A stretch of 64,000 bases of DNA from Escherichia phage p000v: sequence record NC_055781.1; one strand, given 5' to 3'. A model generated the notes under the pieces. It was not told the DNA's origin and searched no databases. It worked only from the letters and a program-made list of their open reading frames with translations. Of this stretch, positions 31,741 to 41,259 are shown piece by piece. A program made the position numbers and the translations under genes. How positions within the stretch are numbered: position 1 is the first letter of the stretch; each line of letters begins with the position of its first letter.

Positions 31741-32489
31741 TTTTTATGGTCCTTTTCTACTAATGTTAAAGCAATACCACGTTCAACAGGAATCATTTGC
31801 ATAATAGAATCCAATGTGTATTGACTCTTTACTAGTGAATGGTTTATCTGATAGAATGTAAAAATCTCATCAGGGTTAACTAACAATTTAAAAACCTCTA
31901 AGATATCAGTATATGTTTTAACATGGCGTTCACAACAACCTAATCTAAGGGTCAAATTAATAGGGTTCATAGAAGCAATAACCTTCTCGAGAGAGTCAAT
32001 GTCTATTGCTTCTATTACTTGGATTTGGTTCTCTTCAGTCAAATCATTCCATGGGTACCATTCATCATTATAATATATTTCTTTTATGTTTTCACTTATC
32101 ATTAATGCTTTATTGTCATAAAACTTTTCAGGGAAAGAAAAACGTATTTTTATACCAGCAACATCAAGTTCAGGTTCGACTAGTTCTTTTTGATATATCT
32201 CAAATGGTGCAGTTTTTTCTTTAGAGCATTTAGGGCAAGTGAAAATAACGGGAACTTTTGTTTTGCCTATAGATCCTGCAAAAACTTGCAGGAATATAAA
32301 TGGTTGCCATGTTTTAGGGTACTCGCCAAAATAATCATCAATCAGATCGGCAATTATTTCTTTTTGTTCTTGCGGCGAACGATGTTCGATATCATTTCTA
32401 ACTAGTAAAAAGTCTCTATAATCCGCCACAGTGAACGGCTTAAAACGATGAACACCATCCGGTAATTTACAACGAATTATATTAGCCAT
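31737..32489 (-). CDS. 51: Baseplate hub assembly catalyst gp51
   Basis: 250 aa; T4 order and size. Confidence 0.7.
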   Translation of the reverse strand: MANIIRCKLPDGVHRFKPFTVADYRDFLLVRNDIEHRSPQEQKEIIADLIDDYFGEYPKTWQPFIFLQVFAGSIGKTKVPVIFTCPKCSKEKTAPFEIYQKELVEPELDVAGIKIRFSFPEKFYDNKALMISENIKEIYYNDEWYPWNDLTEENQIQVIEAIDIDSLEKVIASMNPINLTLRLGCCERHVKTYTDILEVFKLLVNPDEIFTFYQINHSLVKSQYTLDSIMQMIPVERGIALTLVEKDHKK

Positions 32490-32506
32490 AATTACTCCTT
32501 TTCTAT

Positions 32507-32518
32507 TATTTATAAATA
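32507..32518. promoter_or_regulatory. Palindromic divergent late promoter pair (TATTTATAAATA)
   Basis: TATTTATA (32507..32514, = TATAAATA on - strand for gene 51) overlapping TATAAATA (32511..32518, + strand for gene 26). Confidence 0.5.
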
Positions 32519-32536
32519 CACAATAAAGGAGTTAAC

Positions 32537-33163
32537 ATGTACAAATATACGTTTACCGTACGTTTAGGCGATAAAGAAGTGAATTGTAGGGCCTTTACTT
32601 TAAAAGAATATTTAGGGCTCATAGGTGCTCGGGCTACTGGTACTATTGAATCAGCAGTGAACAATATTATCACTAATTGCTCTAATGCTAAAAACTTGAC
32701 TAAACAAGAAGCCGAGTTATTGTTGGTAAATCTGTGGGCACATTCATTAGGTGAAGTGAATCAAGAACACACCTGGAATTGTTCCTGTGGGCATTCATTT
32801 CAAGTCTATATGAATTTATTGCACACTCAATTAGATGAACAGGCCGATCCCTGGTATTCGTTCAGCGGTATTAAAATTAAGTTCCGTCAACCTAAATTAT
32901 TTGATGATAAAAATATCGCATTAATGATTGCTTCATGTATTGAGGCTGTTTTTGTCAATGGAGAGTCCATCCCTGTTGAAGATTTAACTGAAGCAGAAAT
33001 AAACGACCTTTATGGCCTTATAACGGAAGATGACATGATCAATATTAAAAATCTTTTAGTATCACCATCAATTTATCTAGCAACCCCTATTAAATGTCCC
33101 AAATGTGGGGCGTCACACGTTCACACAATACGAGGCCTCAAAGAATTCTTTGAGTTACTATAA
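32537..33163 (+). CDS. 26: Baseplate hub subunit gp26
   Basis: 208 aa, T4 gp26 length; divergent from gene 51 as in T4. Confidence 0.75.
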   Translation: MYKYTFTVRLGDKEVNCRAFTLKEYLGLIGARATGTIESAVNNIITNCSNAKNLTKQEAELLLVNLWAHSLGEVNQEHTWNCSCGHSFQVYMNLLHTQLDEQADPWYSFSGIKIKFRQPKLFDDKNIALMIASCIEAVFVNGESIPVEDLTEAEINDLYGLITEDDMINIKNLLVSPSIYLATPIKCPKCGASHVHTIRGLKEFFELL

Positions 33164-33561
33164 TGTCTAATATCAATAAACTTTATTCAGATATCGACCC
33201 AGAAATGCGTATGGATTGGAATAAGGACGTTGCTCGTTCTGTAGGACTTCGTTCTATTAAAAATAGTCTTCTTGGCATAGTGACAACTAGAAAAGGCTCA
33301 CGCCCCTTCGACCCTGAATTTGGATGCGATTTGGTTGATGAACTTTTCGAGAACATGACACCACTTACAGCCGATACTATTGAGCGTAATATCCAGGCAG
33401 CTGTTCGTAACTATGAGCCACGCATCGACAAACTTTCTGTAAGTGTAACGCCAGTATATGATGACTATACAGTTATAGTAGAGATTAGATTTTCAGTCGT
33501 AGACAACCCTGATGATATCGAACAAATCAAACTTCAGTTAGCATCAAGCAATAGAGTGTAA
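33163..33561 (+). CDS. 25: Baseplate wedge subunit gp25 (gpW/gp25 lysozyme-like family)
   Basis: 132 aa, T4 gp25 length; MSNINKLYSDIDPEMRMDWNKDVARSVGLRSIKNSLLGIV... Confidence 0.85.
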   Translation: MSNINKLYSDIDPEMRMDWNKDVARSVGLRSIKNSLLGIVTTRKGSRPFDPEFGCDLVDELFENMTPLTADTIERNIQAAVRNYEPRIDKLSVSVTPVYDDYTVIVEIRFSVVDNPDDIEQIKLQLASSNRV

Positions 33562-33586
33562 TGCTTCAAGGCAACCTATGTATAAT
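33559..33586 (+). promoter_or_regulatory. MotA-dependent middle promoter for uvsY
   Basis: taaTGCTTCA MotA box (33559..33568), exact 12-bp spacer, TATAAT (33581..33586). Confidence 0.6.
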
Positions 33587-33641
33587 GGTTTTAGGTCCTT
33601 CCGATACAGCCGGGAGATTATTAGTTAAAAGAGAGAACATT

Positions 33642-34055
33642 ATGAAGCTGGAAGATTTACAGGAAGAGTTAGACGCAGACTTAGCTATTGATATGACAAA
33701 GTTGCAATATGAGACGGCGAATAATGTTAAGTTATACAGCAAATGGCTACGTAAGCACTCATTTATTCGTAAAGAAATGTTGCGTATAGAGACTCAGAAG
33801 AAAACTGCTCTAAAAGCAAGATTAGACTACTACTCGGGACGAGGTGATGGTGATGAATTCAGTATGGACCGATACGAAAAATCTGAAATGAAAACTGTCC
33901 TGGCCGCAGATAAAGATGTGCTTAAAATAGAGACTACTTTACAATACTGGGGAATTTTACTTGAGTTCTGTAGTGGTGCACTTGACGCAGTTAAGTCTCG
34001 TAGTTTTGCACTTAAACATATCCAGGATATGCGAGAATTTGAAGCGGGGCAATAA
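33642..34055 (+). CDS. uvsY: Recombination mediator UvsY
   Basis: 137 aa from ATG 33642 (MKLEDLQEELDADLAIDMTKLQYETANNVKLYSKWL...), matching T4 UvsY length and sequence; track ORF 33561..34055 is an upstream read-through. Confidence 0.9.
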   Translation: MKLEDLQEELDADLAIDMTKLQYETANNVKLYSKWLRKHSFIRKEMLRIETQKKTALKARLDYYSGRGDGDEFSMDRYEKSEMKTVLAADKDVLKIETTLQYWGILLEFCSGALDAVKSRSFALKHIQDMREFEAGQ

Positions 34056-34279
34056 TGCGTTATTCAATTGAAGATGCCTTTAATAATGATGAAGAATTTG
34101 AAACAGAAATTAAATTCTTAATGGAAAAGTATCGTCTACGACGTCAGGATATTCGTATCCTGGCAGACCACCCTTGTGGTGAAGACGTCCTTTATATTAA
34201 AGGGAAGTTTGCTGGGTATATCGACGAGTATTTTTATACAAAAGATATGGGTATCGATATGTGCATGCGAGTGGTATAA
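34055..34279 (+). CDS. Hypothetical protein (uvsY.-1 position)
   Basis: 74-aa ORF overlapping uvsY stop (TAATG). Confidence 0.45.
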   Translation: MRYSIEDAFNNDEEFETEIKFLMEKYRLRRQDIRILADHPCGEDVLYIKGKFAGYIDEYFYTKDMGIDMCMRVV

Positions 34280-34311
34280 ATAGATATGTAATTTCAACTT
34301 AGGAGGCAATC

Positions 34312-34479
34312 ATGTCAGATAAGATTTGTGTTGTCTGTAAAACTCCAATCGATTCTGCATTGGTTGTTGAAACAGACAAAGGTCCAGCACATCCTGGTCC
34401 TTGTTATAATTATGTCCAACAATTGCCGGTTTCAGAAAGTTCAGAAGAGCAATTGAACGAAACCCAACTTTTACTATAG
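34312..34479 (+). CDS. Hypothetical small Cys-rich protein, possible zinc ribbon (uvsY.-2 position), not in the supplied ORF track
   Basis: 55 aa from ATG 34312 preceded by AGGAGG RBS; MSDKICVVCKTPIDS...HPGPCYNY; the track instead lists an antisense ORF 34310..34516. Confidence 0.35.
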   Translation: MSDKICVVCKTPIDSALVVETDKGPAHPGPCYNYVQQLPVSESSEEQLNETQLLL

Positions 34480-34505
34480 TGTTACCTTTTTTGCCTATGG
34501 TTTTT

Positions 34506-34534
34506 GGCCCTTCCAAAAAGGTCGGGCCTTTTTT
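34506..34534. terminator. Bidirectional terminator-like hairpin between convergent + strand small ORFs and uvsW.1
   Basis: TTTTT-GGCCC...GGGCC-TTTTTT, imperfect stem flanked by T-runs on both sides. Confidence 0.4.
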
Positions 34535-34536
34535 AA

Positions 34537-34770
34537 TTAGAAGTCTTCTTCCTCATCCTCATCATCGTCGCCTTCAAGTTCGGCACGCTTACCTGCTAAG
34601 GCATCCCTGACAGAAATATCATCTGTATCTTTTAATTCCGTTTCTTTTATACGTTTCTTATAATAAGCTTCCAATTCTTCAAGCCCTTCTAAGGTATGAC
34701 AACTAGCAATTTTACCCATGAATTCGTCAATAGATGCTTCGTATAAAAATTGTTTAAATTCAAGTACCAT
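34537..34770 (-). CDS. uvsW.1: Small acidic protein UvsW.1
   Basis: 77 aa with poly-acidic C-terminus ([12 protein letters not shown]); immediately downstream of uvsW as in T4. Confidence 0.6.
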   Translation of the reverse strand: MVLEFKQFLYEASIDEFMGKIASCHTLEGLEELEAYYKKRIKETELKDTDDISVRDALAGKRAELEGDDDEDEEEDF

Positions 34771-34795
34771 TTTTATCTCCTAAGGGCCGAAGCCC

Positions 34796-36310
34796 TTATA
34801 AATTAATTGTTTTCATTACATAGTTAAATTTCTCATCAGCGTAACGCTGGATACGATCAATACCGTGTTTTAACAAGTAATTAAGATGAGTATACTTCTT
34901 TTTAGTATTTAATGATTTAGGTTTTACACCTGCGTCATCGATGAGATCCCAAACTGTAGCAACGGCTTTAGAACCATGCTTACGAAGCACACGACCTACT
35001 GTTTGAAGTACGATAATTTTTGATTTAACACCATGGGCAAAAATAACATGATGAAGATTCTTGACTGAAATACCGGTAGAGAATACTCCATATGATGCGA
35101 CAATAATAATGCCTTTACCATTTTCTGCCATGACTTTAAGCGCGTTACGTGTTTCAGTATCAACTTCACCTGATACGTAATAAACTTTTTCGTATCCAAG
35201 CTCTTTAATAGCTTCAAATATTTCTTTACCATGTGTAACATGTTTAAACATTACAAAGGCGTTCTCGTCTTTCTTAGCCAATTTGACCGAAAGTTGAGCA
35301 ATCCACTTTGTACGACGTTTTAGTCCGGTAATAATTTTAACTTCTTCTTGGTATGTTTTACCTTTTAATTTAACGGTGAATTCGTCCGGATAACGAAGGA
35401 AAATACTATTAATCTTAAGCTCAGTTACTTGACCGTCTTCCATTAATTTAGACGTGCTAACAGGACGGAAGATTTCGCCGAACATACCTACGTACTGCAT
35501 TACATTGGCTTTTCCGTCTCTTAATGAGCCGGATAAACCGAATTTAAACATACAATTATTTAATCCTGAGATGATTGAAGAAATACTTTTGCCTGTTGCT
35601 AAGTGGCATTCATCGTTCATCATCATACCGAACTGAGAGAACCATTCTTTAGGCTGCTTAACTACCGTTTGCCATGTGCCAACAATAATTGGAGCGTCGT
35701 TTTTAGATTTGTCCGCTTTATCGGCACCACCGCCAATTTTCTTAATCATCGAATGACTAAACAAGCGATAATCAACAAAATCATTAGCCATCTGGGTTGT
35801 CAATGCTGTTGTAGGGACGATAATGAGAATTTTACCTTCATAGTTCTCTAGATAATATCGAGCTAAAAGTGCTTGGATGAGTGATTTACCTGCTGATGTC
35901 GGAAGGTTTAAAATTCGACGACGATTAACTAGACCTTCATATACTGCATCTTTTTGATACCAATGTGGTTCGATTTTGGCGTTGCCTGAATAAATTTCTT
36001 GTTTAGAAAGCCATGCGTCAAAATCTTCCCTGGTAAGGTCTTCAGTCTCAAAGATTTTAGGGTCAATCCATACAGAATAACTCATATTGTTACAGAACTT
36101 TTTTATTTGTCCTACAAGTCCATATGGTAACAAACGATTGTAATCTAAAAGTCGAATTCTACCATCCCATTGCCCATAGCGATATTTTGGGTTAAATTTA
36201 TACCCGTCGGCTTCAAAGCTAAAAAAGTCACGAAGTTCGTAAAACGTACTTTCGTCGCATTCAATGCGCACGTGACTAAAATCATAAAAATGTACTTTAA
36301 TGTCAGTCAT
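34796..36310 (-). CDS. uvsW: UvsW RNA-DNA / DNA-DNA helicase
   Basis: 504 aa; Walker A PTSAGKS and DExH box MMMNDECH; matches T4 UvsW size. Confidence 0.9.
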   Translation of the reverse strand: MTDIKVHFYDFSHVRIECDESTFYELRDFFSFEADGYKFNPKYRYGQWDGRIRLLDYNRLLPYGLVGQIKKFCNNMSYSVWIDPKIFETEDLTREDFDAWLSKQEIYSGNAKIEPHWYQKDAVYEGLVNRRRILNLPTSAGKSLIQALLARYYLENYEGKILIIVPTTALTTQMANDFVDYRLFSHSMIKKIGGGADKADKSKNDAPIIVGTWQTVVKQPKEWFSQFGMMMNDECHLATGKSISSIISGLNNCMFKFGLSGSLRDGKANVMQYVGMFGEIFRPVSTSKLMEDGQVTELKINSIFLRYPDEFTVKLKGKTYQEEVKIITGLKRRTKWIAQLSVKLAKKDENAFVMFKHVTHGKEIFEAIKELGYEKVYYVSGEVDTETRNALKVMAENGKGIIIVASYGVFSTGISVKNLHHVIFAHGVKSKIIVLQTVGRVLRKHGSKAVATVWDLIDDAGVKPKSLNTKKKYTHLNYLLKHGIDRIQRYADEKFNYVMKTINL

Positions 36311-36339
36311 GTCAAATTACCATGTAATAAATATAGTTA

Positions 36340-36347
36340 TATTTATA
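36340..36347 (-). promoter_or_regulatory. T4-type late promoter for uvsW
   Basis: + strand TATTTATA = - strand TATAAATA, 30 nt upstream of uvsW start. Confidence 0.45.
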
Positions 36348-36360
36348 ATGAGGAAATACC

Positions 36361-37029
36361 ATGATCGATAAAGACTATATTGAAGAGTTACGTGCTCTTT
36401 CTGATAAAAAGGAAGCCAAAGCTAAACTGTTTGAATATGCGGAACAATTTGGCATTAGTGTTAAGAAAACAAAATCATTCGATAATATTGTTATTGATAT
36501 CGAAGAAGCTCTTAACGCACTGGCTGATGAACCGTTACCTGAAACTGATGGATTATCTATCACCGATTTAATTACTGCCGCAGATGATGTGGACGGTGTT
36601 AATTTCACCAACGAAGAAGTTAAAGAAGAAGCTATTCTGTTGTTTGATTCTCCAACAGACCAAGTTGAAGTATTAGAAGTTGTCGAACAAGAAAAAGAAT
36701 TCGACCATGATAAATTCGAAGAAGCAATTACTCAGGTTGTTGAATCTGAAAAAGAGCCTGAGTCAGAGGTAAATAAAGAAGTAAAATTTGTTCTGCCTGA
36801 AAATTTTAGTCCTACACTCATTAAATTAGGCAAAGGCCCAGGGTATGTTACTGTTCCTTGGTGGATTTATCAATGGATAGCCGAAACCCCAGATTGGAAA
36901 TCTCGCCCAACTAGTTTTGTGCACGCTTCTGCCCACCAAACATTATTTAGCTTAATTTATTATATTAATCGCGATGGATCAGTTCTAATTCGTGAAACTC
37001 GTAATTCTTCTTTTGTAACATTAAAATAA
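36361..37029 (+). CDS. inh: Inhibitor of prohead protease Inh (hoc.1 position)
   Basis: 222 aa, very acidic; position between uvsW and hoc as in T4. Confidence 0.55.
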   Translation: MIDKDYIEELRALSDKKEAKAKLFEYAEQFGISVKKTKSFDNIVIDIEEALNALADEPLPETDGLSITDLITAADDVDGVNFTNEEVKEEAILLFDSPTDQVEVLEVVEQEKEFDHDKFEEAITQVVESEKEPESEVNKEVKFVLPENFSPTLIKLGKGPGYVTVPWWIYQWIAETPDWKSRPTSFVHASAHQTLFSLIYYINRDGSVLIRETRNSSFVTLK

Positions 37030-37038
37030 GGATAACTT

Positions 37039-38169
37039 ATGGCTTTTACAGTTGATATAACTCCTAAAACACCTACTGGAGTTATAGATGAGACTAAGCA
37101 GTTTACTGCTACTCCCAGTGGTGAAACTGGAGGTGGAACTATTACCTATGCATGGAGTGTAGACGATGCTCCTCAAGTAGGATCGGCAGAAACTTTTGAT
37201 TACGTGTTAAAAGGACCCGCTGGAACAAAAACAATTAAAGTTGTTGCAACAAATACTATTCCTGATACTGATGCCGAAACGGCAGAAATTACTACGACTA
37301 TCACGGTTAAAAATAAAACTCAGTCAACTACTTTGGCAGTAACTCCCGATAGTCCTTCAGCTGGAGTAATTGGAACCCCAGTTCAATTTACTGCTGCCTT
37401 AGCTTCTCAACCGGCTGGAGCGTCTGCTACGTATCAGTGGTATGTAGATGATTCACAGGTTGGTGGAGAAACTAACTCTACATTTAGCTATACTCCAACT
37501 ACAAGTGGAGTAAAAAGAATTAAATGTGTAGCTCAAGTAACTGCGACAGATTATGATGCAAAGGAAGTTACTTCGAATGAAGTATCATTAACGGTTAATA
37601 AGAAGACAATGAATCCACAGGTTACATTGACTCCTCCTTCTATTAACGTTCAACAAGATGCTTCGGCTACATTTACTGCTAATGTGACTGATGCTCCGGA
37701 AGAAGCGCAAATTGCGTATTCATGGAAGAAAGATTCTTCTCCTGTAGAAGGGTCAACTAATGTATATACCGTTGATACTTCATCTGTTGGAAGTCAAACT
37801 ATTGAAGTGACTGCCATCGTTACTGCAGATGACTATGATAGCAAAACTATTACAGCAGAAGGTCAAGTTCAAGTGACTGATAAAGTTGCTCCGGAACCAG
37901 AAGGTGAATTACCTTATGTTCATCCTCTTCCACATCGTACTTCAGCTTACATCTGGTGCGGTTGGTGGGTTATGGATGAAATCCAAAAAATGACTGAAGA
38001 AGGTAAAGATTGGAAAACTGAAGATCCAGATAGTAAATACTACCTGCATCGTTACACTCTTCAGAAGATGATGAAAGACTATCCGGAAGTTGATGTTCAA
38101 GAATCACGTAATGGATACATCATCCATAAAACTGCTTTGGAAACTGGTATCATCTATACATATCCATAA
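37039..38169 (+). CDS. hoc: Highly immunogenic outer capsid protein Hoc
   Basis: 376 aa (T4 Hoc length); repeated Ig-like segments (ATYQWYVDDSQVGGETNSTFSYTP, IAYSWKKDSSPVEGSTNVYTV). Confidence 0.85.
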   Translation: MAFTVDITPKTPTGVIDETKQFTATPSGETGGGTITYAWSVDDAPQVGSAETFDYVLKGPAGTKTIKVVATNTIPDTDAETAEITTTITVKNKTQSTTLAVTPDSPSAGVIGTPVQFTAALASQPAGASATYQWYVDDSQVGGETNSTFSYTPTTSGVKRIKCVAQVTATDYDAKEVTSNEVSLTVNKKTMNPQVTLTPPSINVQQDASATFTANVTDAPEEAQIAYSWKKDSSPVEGSTNVYTVDTSSVGSQTIEVTAIVTADDYDSKTITAEGQVQVTDKVAPEPEGELPYVHPLPHRTSAYIWCGWWVMDEIQKMTEEGKDWKTEDPDSKYYLHRYTLQKMMKDYPEVDVQESRNGYIIHKTALETGIIYTYP

Positions 38170-38174
38170 TCGTA

Positions 38175-38195
38175 AGGGGCTTCGGCCCCTTTCTT
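38175..38195 (+). terminator. Intrinsic terminator after hoc
   Basis: AGGGGC-TTCG-GCCCCT followed by T-rich run. Confidence 0.6.
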
Positions 38196-38264
38196 CGTTT
38201 TTAAAGCATACAAAACACAACTTGAGATTGATGTATATAATGGCACAAACCAAATAATACGGGA

Positions 38265-38465
38265 TTGATTATGAGAGCTGAAGTTGAAGTTTATACATTA
38301 CATGAGGCGGGATTTTCATTCGTAGAAATTGCTCAAAAAATTGGTTTACAACCTAAAGAAGTTGGATTACTATGGACTAAAGCCGAGACAGCTCGGTCAA
38401 AGTTTAAAGCAAAAGAAAAAGTTGTATACCGTAAACGTTTGATTAACAAAAAGGTGAAGAAATGA
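38265..38465 (+). CDS. Hypothetical small protein with predicted helix-turn-helix
   Basis: 66 aa; FSFVEIAQKIGLQPKEVGLLW resembles a sigma-region-4/LuxR-type HTH; basic C-terminus. Confidence 0.4.
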   Translation: MIMRAEVEVYTLHEAGFSFVEIAQKIGLQPKEVGLLWTKAETARSKFKAKEKVVYRKRLINKKVKK

Positions 38466-38713
38466 GTTTTGCACAGGAATTAAGAGAAAGGGCTCTGGCC
38501 ACTAAAGCCAATTTGTTGAGTGATTTTATTACTAACTTCTCTGTGATGGCAGAGAAAGCCGCTGACAAAGGCCAGACACAATTCACGTACTATCCATCAA
38601 AGAATGATTTAACTATCACCGAGCAAGTCGGTCAATGGCTTCGTGATAACGGCTTTCAGTACAAAATTAATCACGACCAACGTGATGGTCATTGGATAGA
38701 AATCAAGTTCTAA
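38462..38713 (+). CDS. Hypothetical protein (24.3 position)
   Basis: 83-aa ORF overlapping preceding stop. Confidence 0.4.
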   Translation: MSFAQELRERALATKANLLSDFITNFSVMAEKAADKGQTQFTYYPSKNDLTITEQVGQWLRDNGFQYKINHDQRDGHWIEIKF

Positions 38714-38832
38714 TATGCTTTACATTTTTTGATGGTATAATGAATCTAGGTTCTATCCATTCAAATTAAACATCTGGTCAGAGACAGAGTCTCTGCTAAT
38801 TATTTTGATATTATTATTTATAATGGTGATTT

Positions 38833-39840
38833 ATGTTTAAGAAATACAGCAGTCTTGAAAACCACTACAACTCTAAGTTTATTGAAAAACTCTACACTAA
38901 TGGTTTGACTACTGGTGTTTGGGTAGCACGTGAGAAAATCCATGGGACTAACTTCTCGTTAATAATTGAACGTGACAACGTCACATGCGCCAAGCGCACA
39001 GGCCCTATTCTTCCAGCAGAAGATTTTTATGGTTATGAAATCGTACTCAAGAAGTATGATAAGGCTATTAAAGGTGTTCAAGAAGTCATGGGCAGTATTT
39101 CAACTTCAGTGCCAGTGACATATCAAATCTTTGGTGAATTCGCTGGTGGTGGAATTCAGAAAGGTGTTGACTACGGTGAAAAAGATTTCTATGTATTCGA
39201 TATCATCATAAACACGGAAAGCGGTGATACTTATTACATGAGTGATTACGAAATGCAAGATTTCTGTAATGAATTCGGTTTTAAAATGGCACCAATGCTT
39301 GGTCGTGGAACATTTGATTCTCTTATCATGATTCCAAATGACCTTGATTCCGTCTTAGCCGCTTATAACGCTACGGCATCGGAAGACCTTGTCGAAGCAA
39401 ATAATTGTGTATTTGATGCTAATGTTATTGGTGATAATACGGCAGAAGGATATGTTCTGAAGCCTTGTTTCCCTAAATGGCTGCCAAACGGTACTCGTGT
39501 AGCTATTAAGTGCAAGAACTCTAAATTCAGTGAAAAGAAAAAGTCTGATAAGCCTATTAAAACTCAGGTTCCATTAACTGAAATTGACAAAAACTTGCTT
39601 GATGTTCTAGCTTGTTATGTTACATTAAATCGTGTTAACAATGTGATTTCTAAGATTGGGACTGTAACGCCAAAAGATTTTGGCAAAGTGATGGGATTGA
39701 CTGTTCAAGATATTCTGGAAGAAACTTCTCGTGAAGGTATTGTATTAACATCATCTGATAATCCAAATCTTGTTAAGAAAGAATTAGTCCGAATGGTGCA
39801 AGATGTTCTGCGTCCTGCATGGATTGAATTAGTATCATAA
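38833..39840 (+). CDS. rnlB: RNA ligase 2
   Basis: 335 aa; [21 protein letters not shown]...; adenylylation motif EKIHGTN; matches T4 Rnl2. Confidence 0.9.
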   Translation: MFKKYSSLENHYNSKFIEKLYTNGLTTGVWVAREKIHGTNFSLIIERDNVTCAKRTGPILPAEDFYGYEIVLKKYDKAIKGVQEVMGSISTSVPVTYQIFGEFAGGGIQKGVDYGEKDFYVFDIIINTESGDTYYMSDYEMQDFCNEFGFKMAPMLGRGTFDSLIMIPNDLDSVLAAYNATASEDLVEANNCVFDANVIGDNTAEGYVLKPCFPKWLPNGTRVAIKCKNSKFSEKKKSDKPIKTQVPLTEIDKNLLDVLACYVTLNRVNNVISKIGTVTPKDFGKVMGLTVQDILEETSREGIVLTSSDNPNLVKKELVRMVQDVLRPAWIELVS

Positions 39841-39841
39841 C

Positions 39842-39872
39842 AAAAAAAAAAGGGACCTTACGGTCCCTTTTT
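39842..39872. terminator. Bidirectional intrinsic terminator between convergent rnlB and gene 24
   Basis: A9-GGGACC-TTAC-GGTCCC-T5: perfect hairpin flanked by A-run and T-run. Confidence 0.7.
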
Positions 39873-39875
39873 AGT

Positions 39876-41159
39876 TTATTCATCTATAATAATTTTAGGC
39901 AATTTAACACCGAGTAAAACAGACAAGTCTGAACGTCCTGCCATTTTATCCATGTCCCCGCCATCAATTACTCTCGCTTCTTTTTCATCTTTTGCTACTG
40001 TGTAAGGATTTGCTGATAAAGCATATCTAACCAATAAACCTATAGACGGTTGTAAGCTTTCCGGATCAACTACAACTTTAAATGCACCGACATGTTCCGG
40101 GTCGTCTAAATCCATTCCTTCAGTGTATGGAGCATAAAAGATGGACCCTACAATCTCTTTTTCGCCGATATTTTCTACAACACCCACAATAACATAATCT
40201 AACGGACTGTTGGTATCGCAGTAAAGAGGTAATCCATTTGCCAAGAATCCATAAGCATTTTGTGAAAGATACTTGTCATCTTCTGGCTTATGTTTTAACC
40301 AACCAGAAGCAGCAAGAATAGCAGCTGCACGAGCTGAAGCTACGCAAAACGTTGCAGTATAAGTTGACTCTTTTTGGATATGCGAAACCATTTCACACAC
40401 CATTCGATATAACGAACGACCTGCTTCCGGAGCGGATGCATAGCTCAAGTCAATAAATCCGGTGTCAGTAATTCCAGTAACTTTATAACGTTTCGATACA
40501 GTAATTAAAGACTGAAGAATATCTTTATTAATTTCATCAGCCATTTCAGTAGCAAGCAAATCTTCTAAGAAGTTAGGGGCATCAAATCCATTCGCTTCCA
40601 AATCTTGCGCTAATTCAACCGTGAGGCCGGTTTTAAGTTTACGAGATTTGACTGAAGTTTGCCATTTATTAATCTGGAATCTTGCATCAGAAATTTCGCT
40701 ACCAGAGCTTTCAAATTTGCTTGTTACCGCTGCATCTGAAAATAACCGTACCTTTAAATGAACGACCGCAATCTGAAGAGCTAATTCTAGATCACTTTCC
40801 TGAATATCTGCAAACGGTGTATCTTCTAACACTTTATAGACTATATTATTATATTTGAAAAAATCACCTTTATTTAGTGTGGCTTTTGATTCTTCTGTGA
40901 GCTCGGTAATTTTTTCTCGGTCTACATATCCAGCTTCACCTGCATAAGTAGCACCAGTTTTAAATGTTAATTCGTTGTCTGGGTTAAGATATTTAATACC
41001 ATAAAAAGCAGCAACAGGTTGATTAGTTCTTTGTGTTGCCACAATGTCAGAATATATTAATTTAGTCGTAGCGCGAGTCAAAGCAACGAGATTTGGGCGA
41101 CCGATTGAGTTGCTAGTAGACGTTGTAGATTCACGCAATAATTTTTGGATTTTACTCAT
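39876..41159 (-). CDS. 24: Capsid vertex protein gp24
   Basis: 427 aa (T4 gp24 length); paralogous to gp23 fold; T4 order. Confidence 0.9.
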   Translation of the reverse strand: MSKIQKLLRESTTSTSNSIGRPNLVALTRATTKLIYSDIVATQRTNQPVAAFYGIKYLNPDNELTFKTGATYAGEAGYVDREKITELTEESKATLNKGDFFKYNNIVYKVLEDTPFADIQESDLELALQIAVVHLKVRLFSDAAVTSKFESSGSEISDARFQINKWQTSVKSRKLKTGLTVELAQDLEANGFDAPNFLEDLLATEMADEINKDILQSLITVSKRYKVTGITDTGFIDLSYASAPEAGRSLYRMVCEMVSHIQKESTYTATFCVASARAAAILAASGWLKHKPEDDKYLSQNAYGFLANGLPLYCDTNSPLDYVIVGVVENIGEKEIVGSIFYAPYTEGMDLDDPEHVGAFKVVVDPESLQPSIGLLVRYALSANPYTVAKDEKEARVIDGGDMDKMAGRSDLSVLLGVKLPKIIIDE

Positions 41160-41185
41160 TGCATTTTTCCTTATGTGATATAGAT

Positions 41186-41193
41186 TATTTATA
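41186..41193 (-). promoter_or_regulatory. T4-type late promoter for gene 24
   Basis: + strand TATTTATA = - strand TATAAATA, 27 nt upstream of gp24 start. Confidence 0.55.
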
Positions 41194-41199
41194 AAGATT

Positions 41200-41229
41200 G
41201 TTTACAACGTATTTGGTATGTGATACTAT
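41200..41229 (+). promoter_or_regulatory. T4-type early promoter, back-to-back with the gene 24 late promoter
   Basis: GTTTAC 41200..41205, 17-bp spacer, TGTGA-TACTAT 41224..41229, leader CAACTACAGAGGAGTAAACAAAATG. Confidence 0.6.
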
Positions 41230-41259
41230 AGACTTATCAACTACAGAGGAGTAAACAAA

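Noticed and set aside
34310-34516. 68-aa - strand ORF in the uvsY-uvsW.1 gap
   Set aside because: No RBS; it runs through the terminator hairpin; the opposite strand has a better-supported 55-codon ORF with AGGAGG RBS
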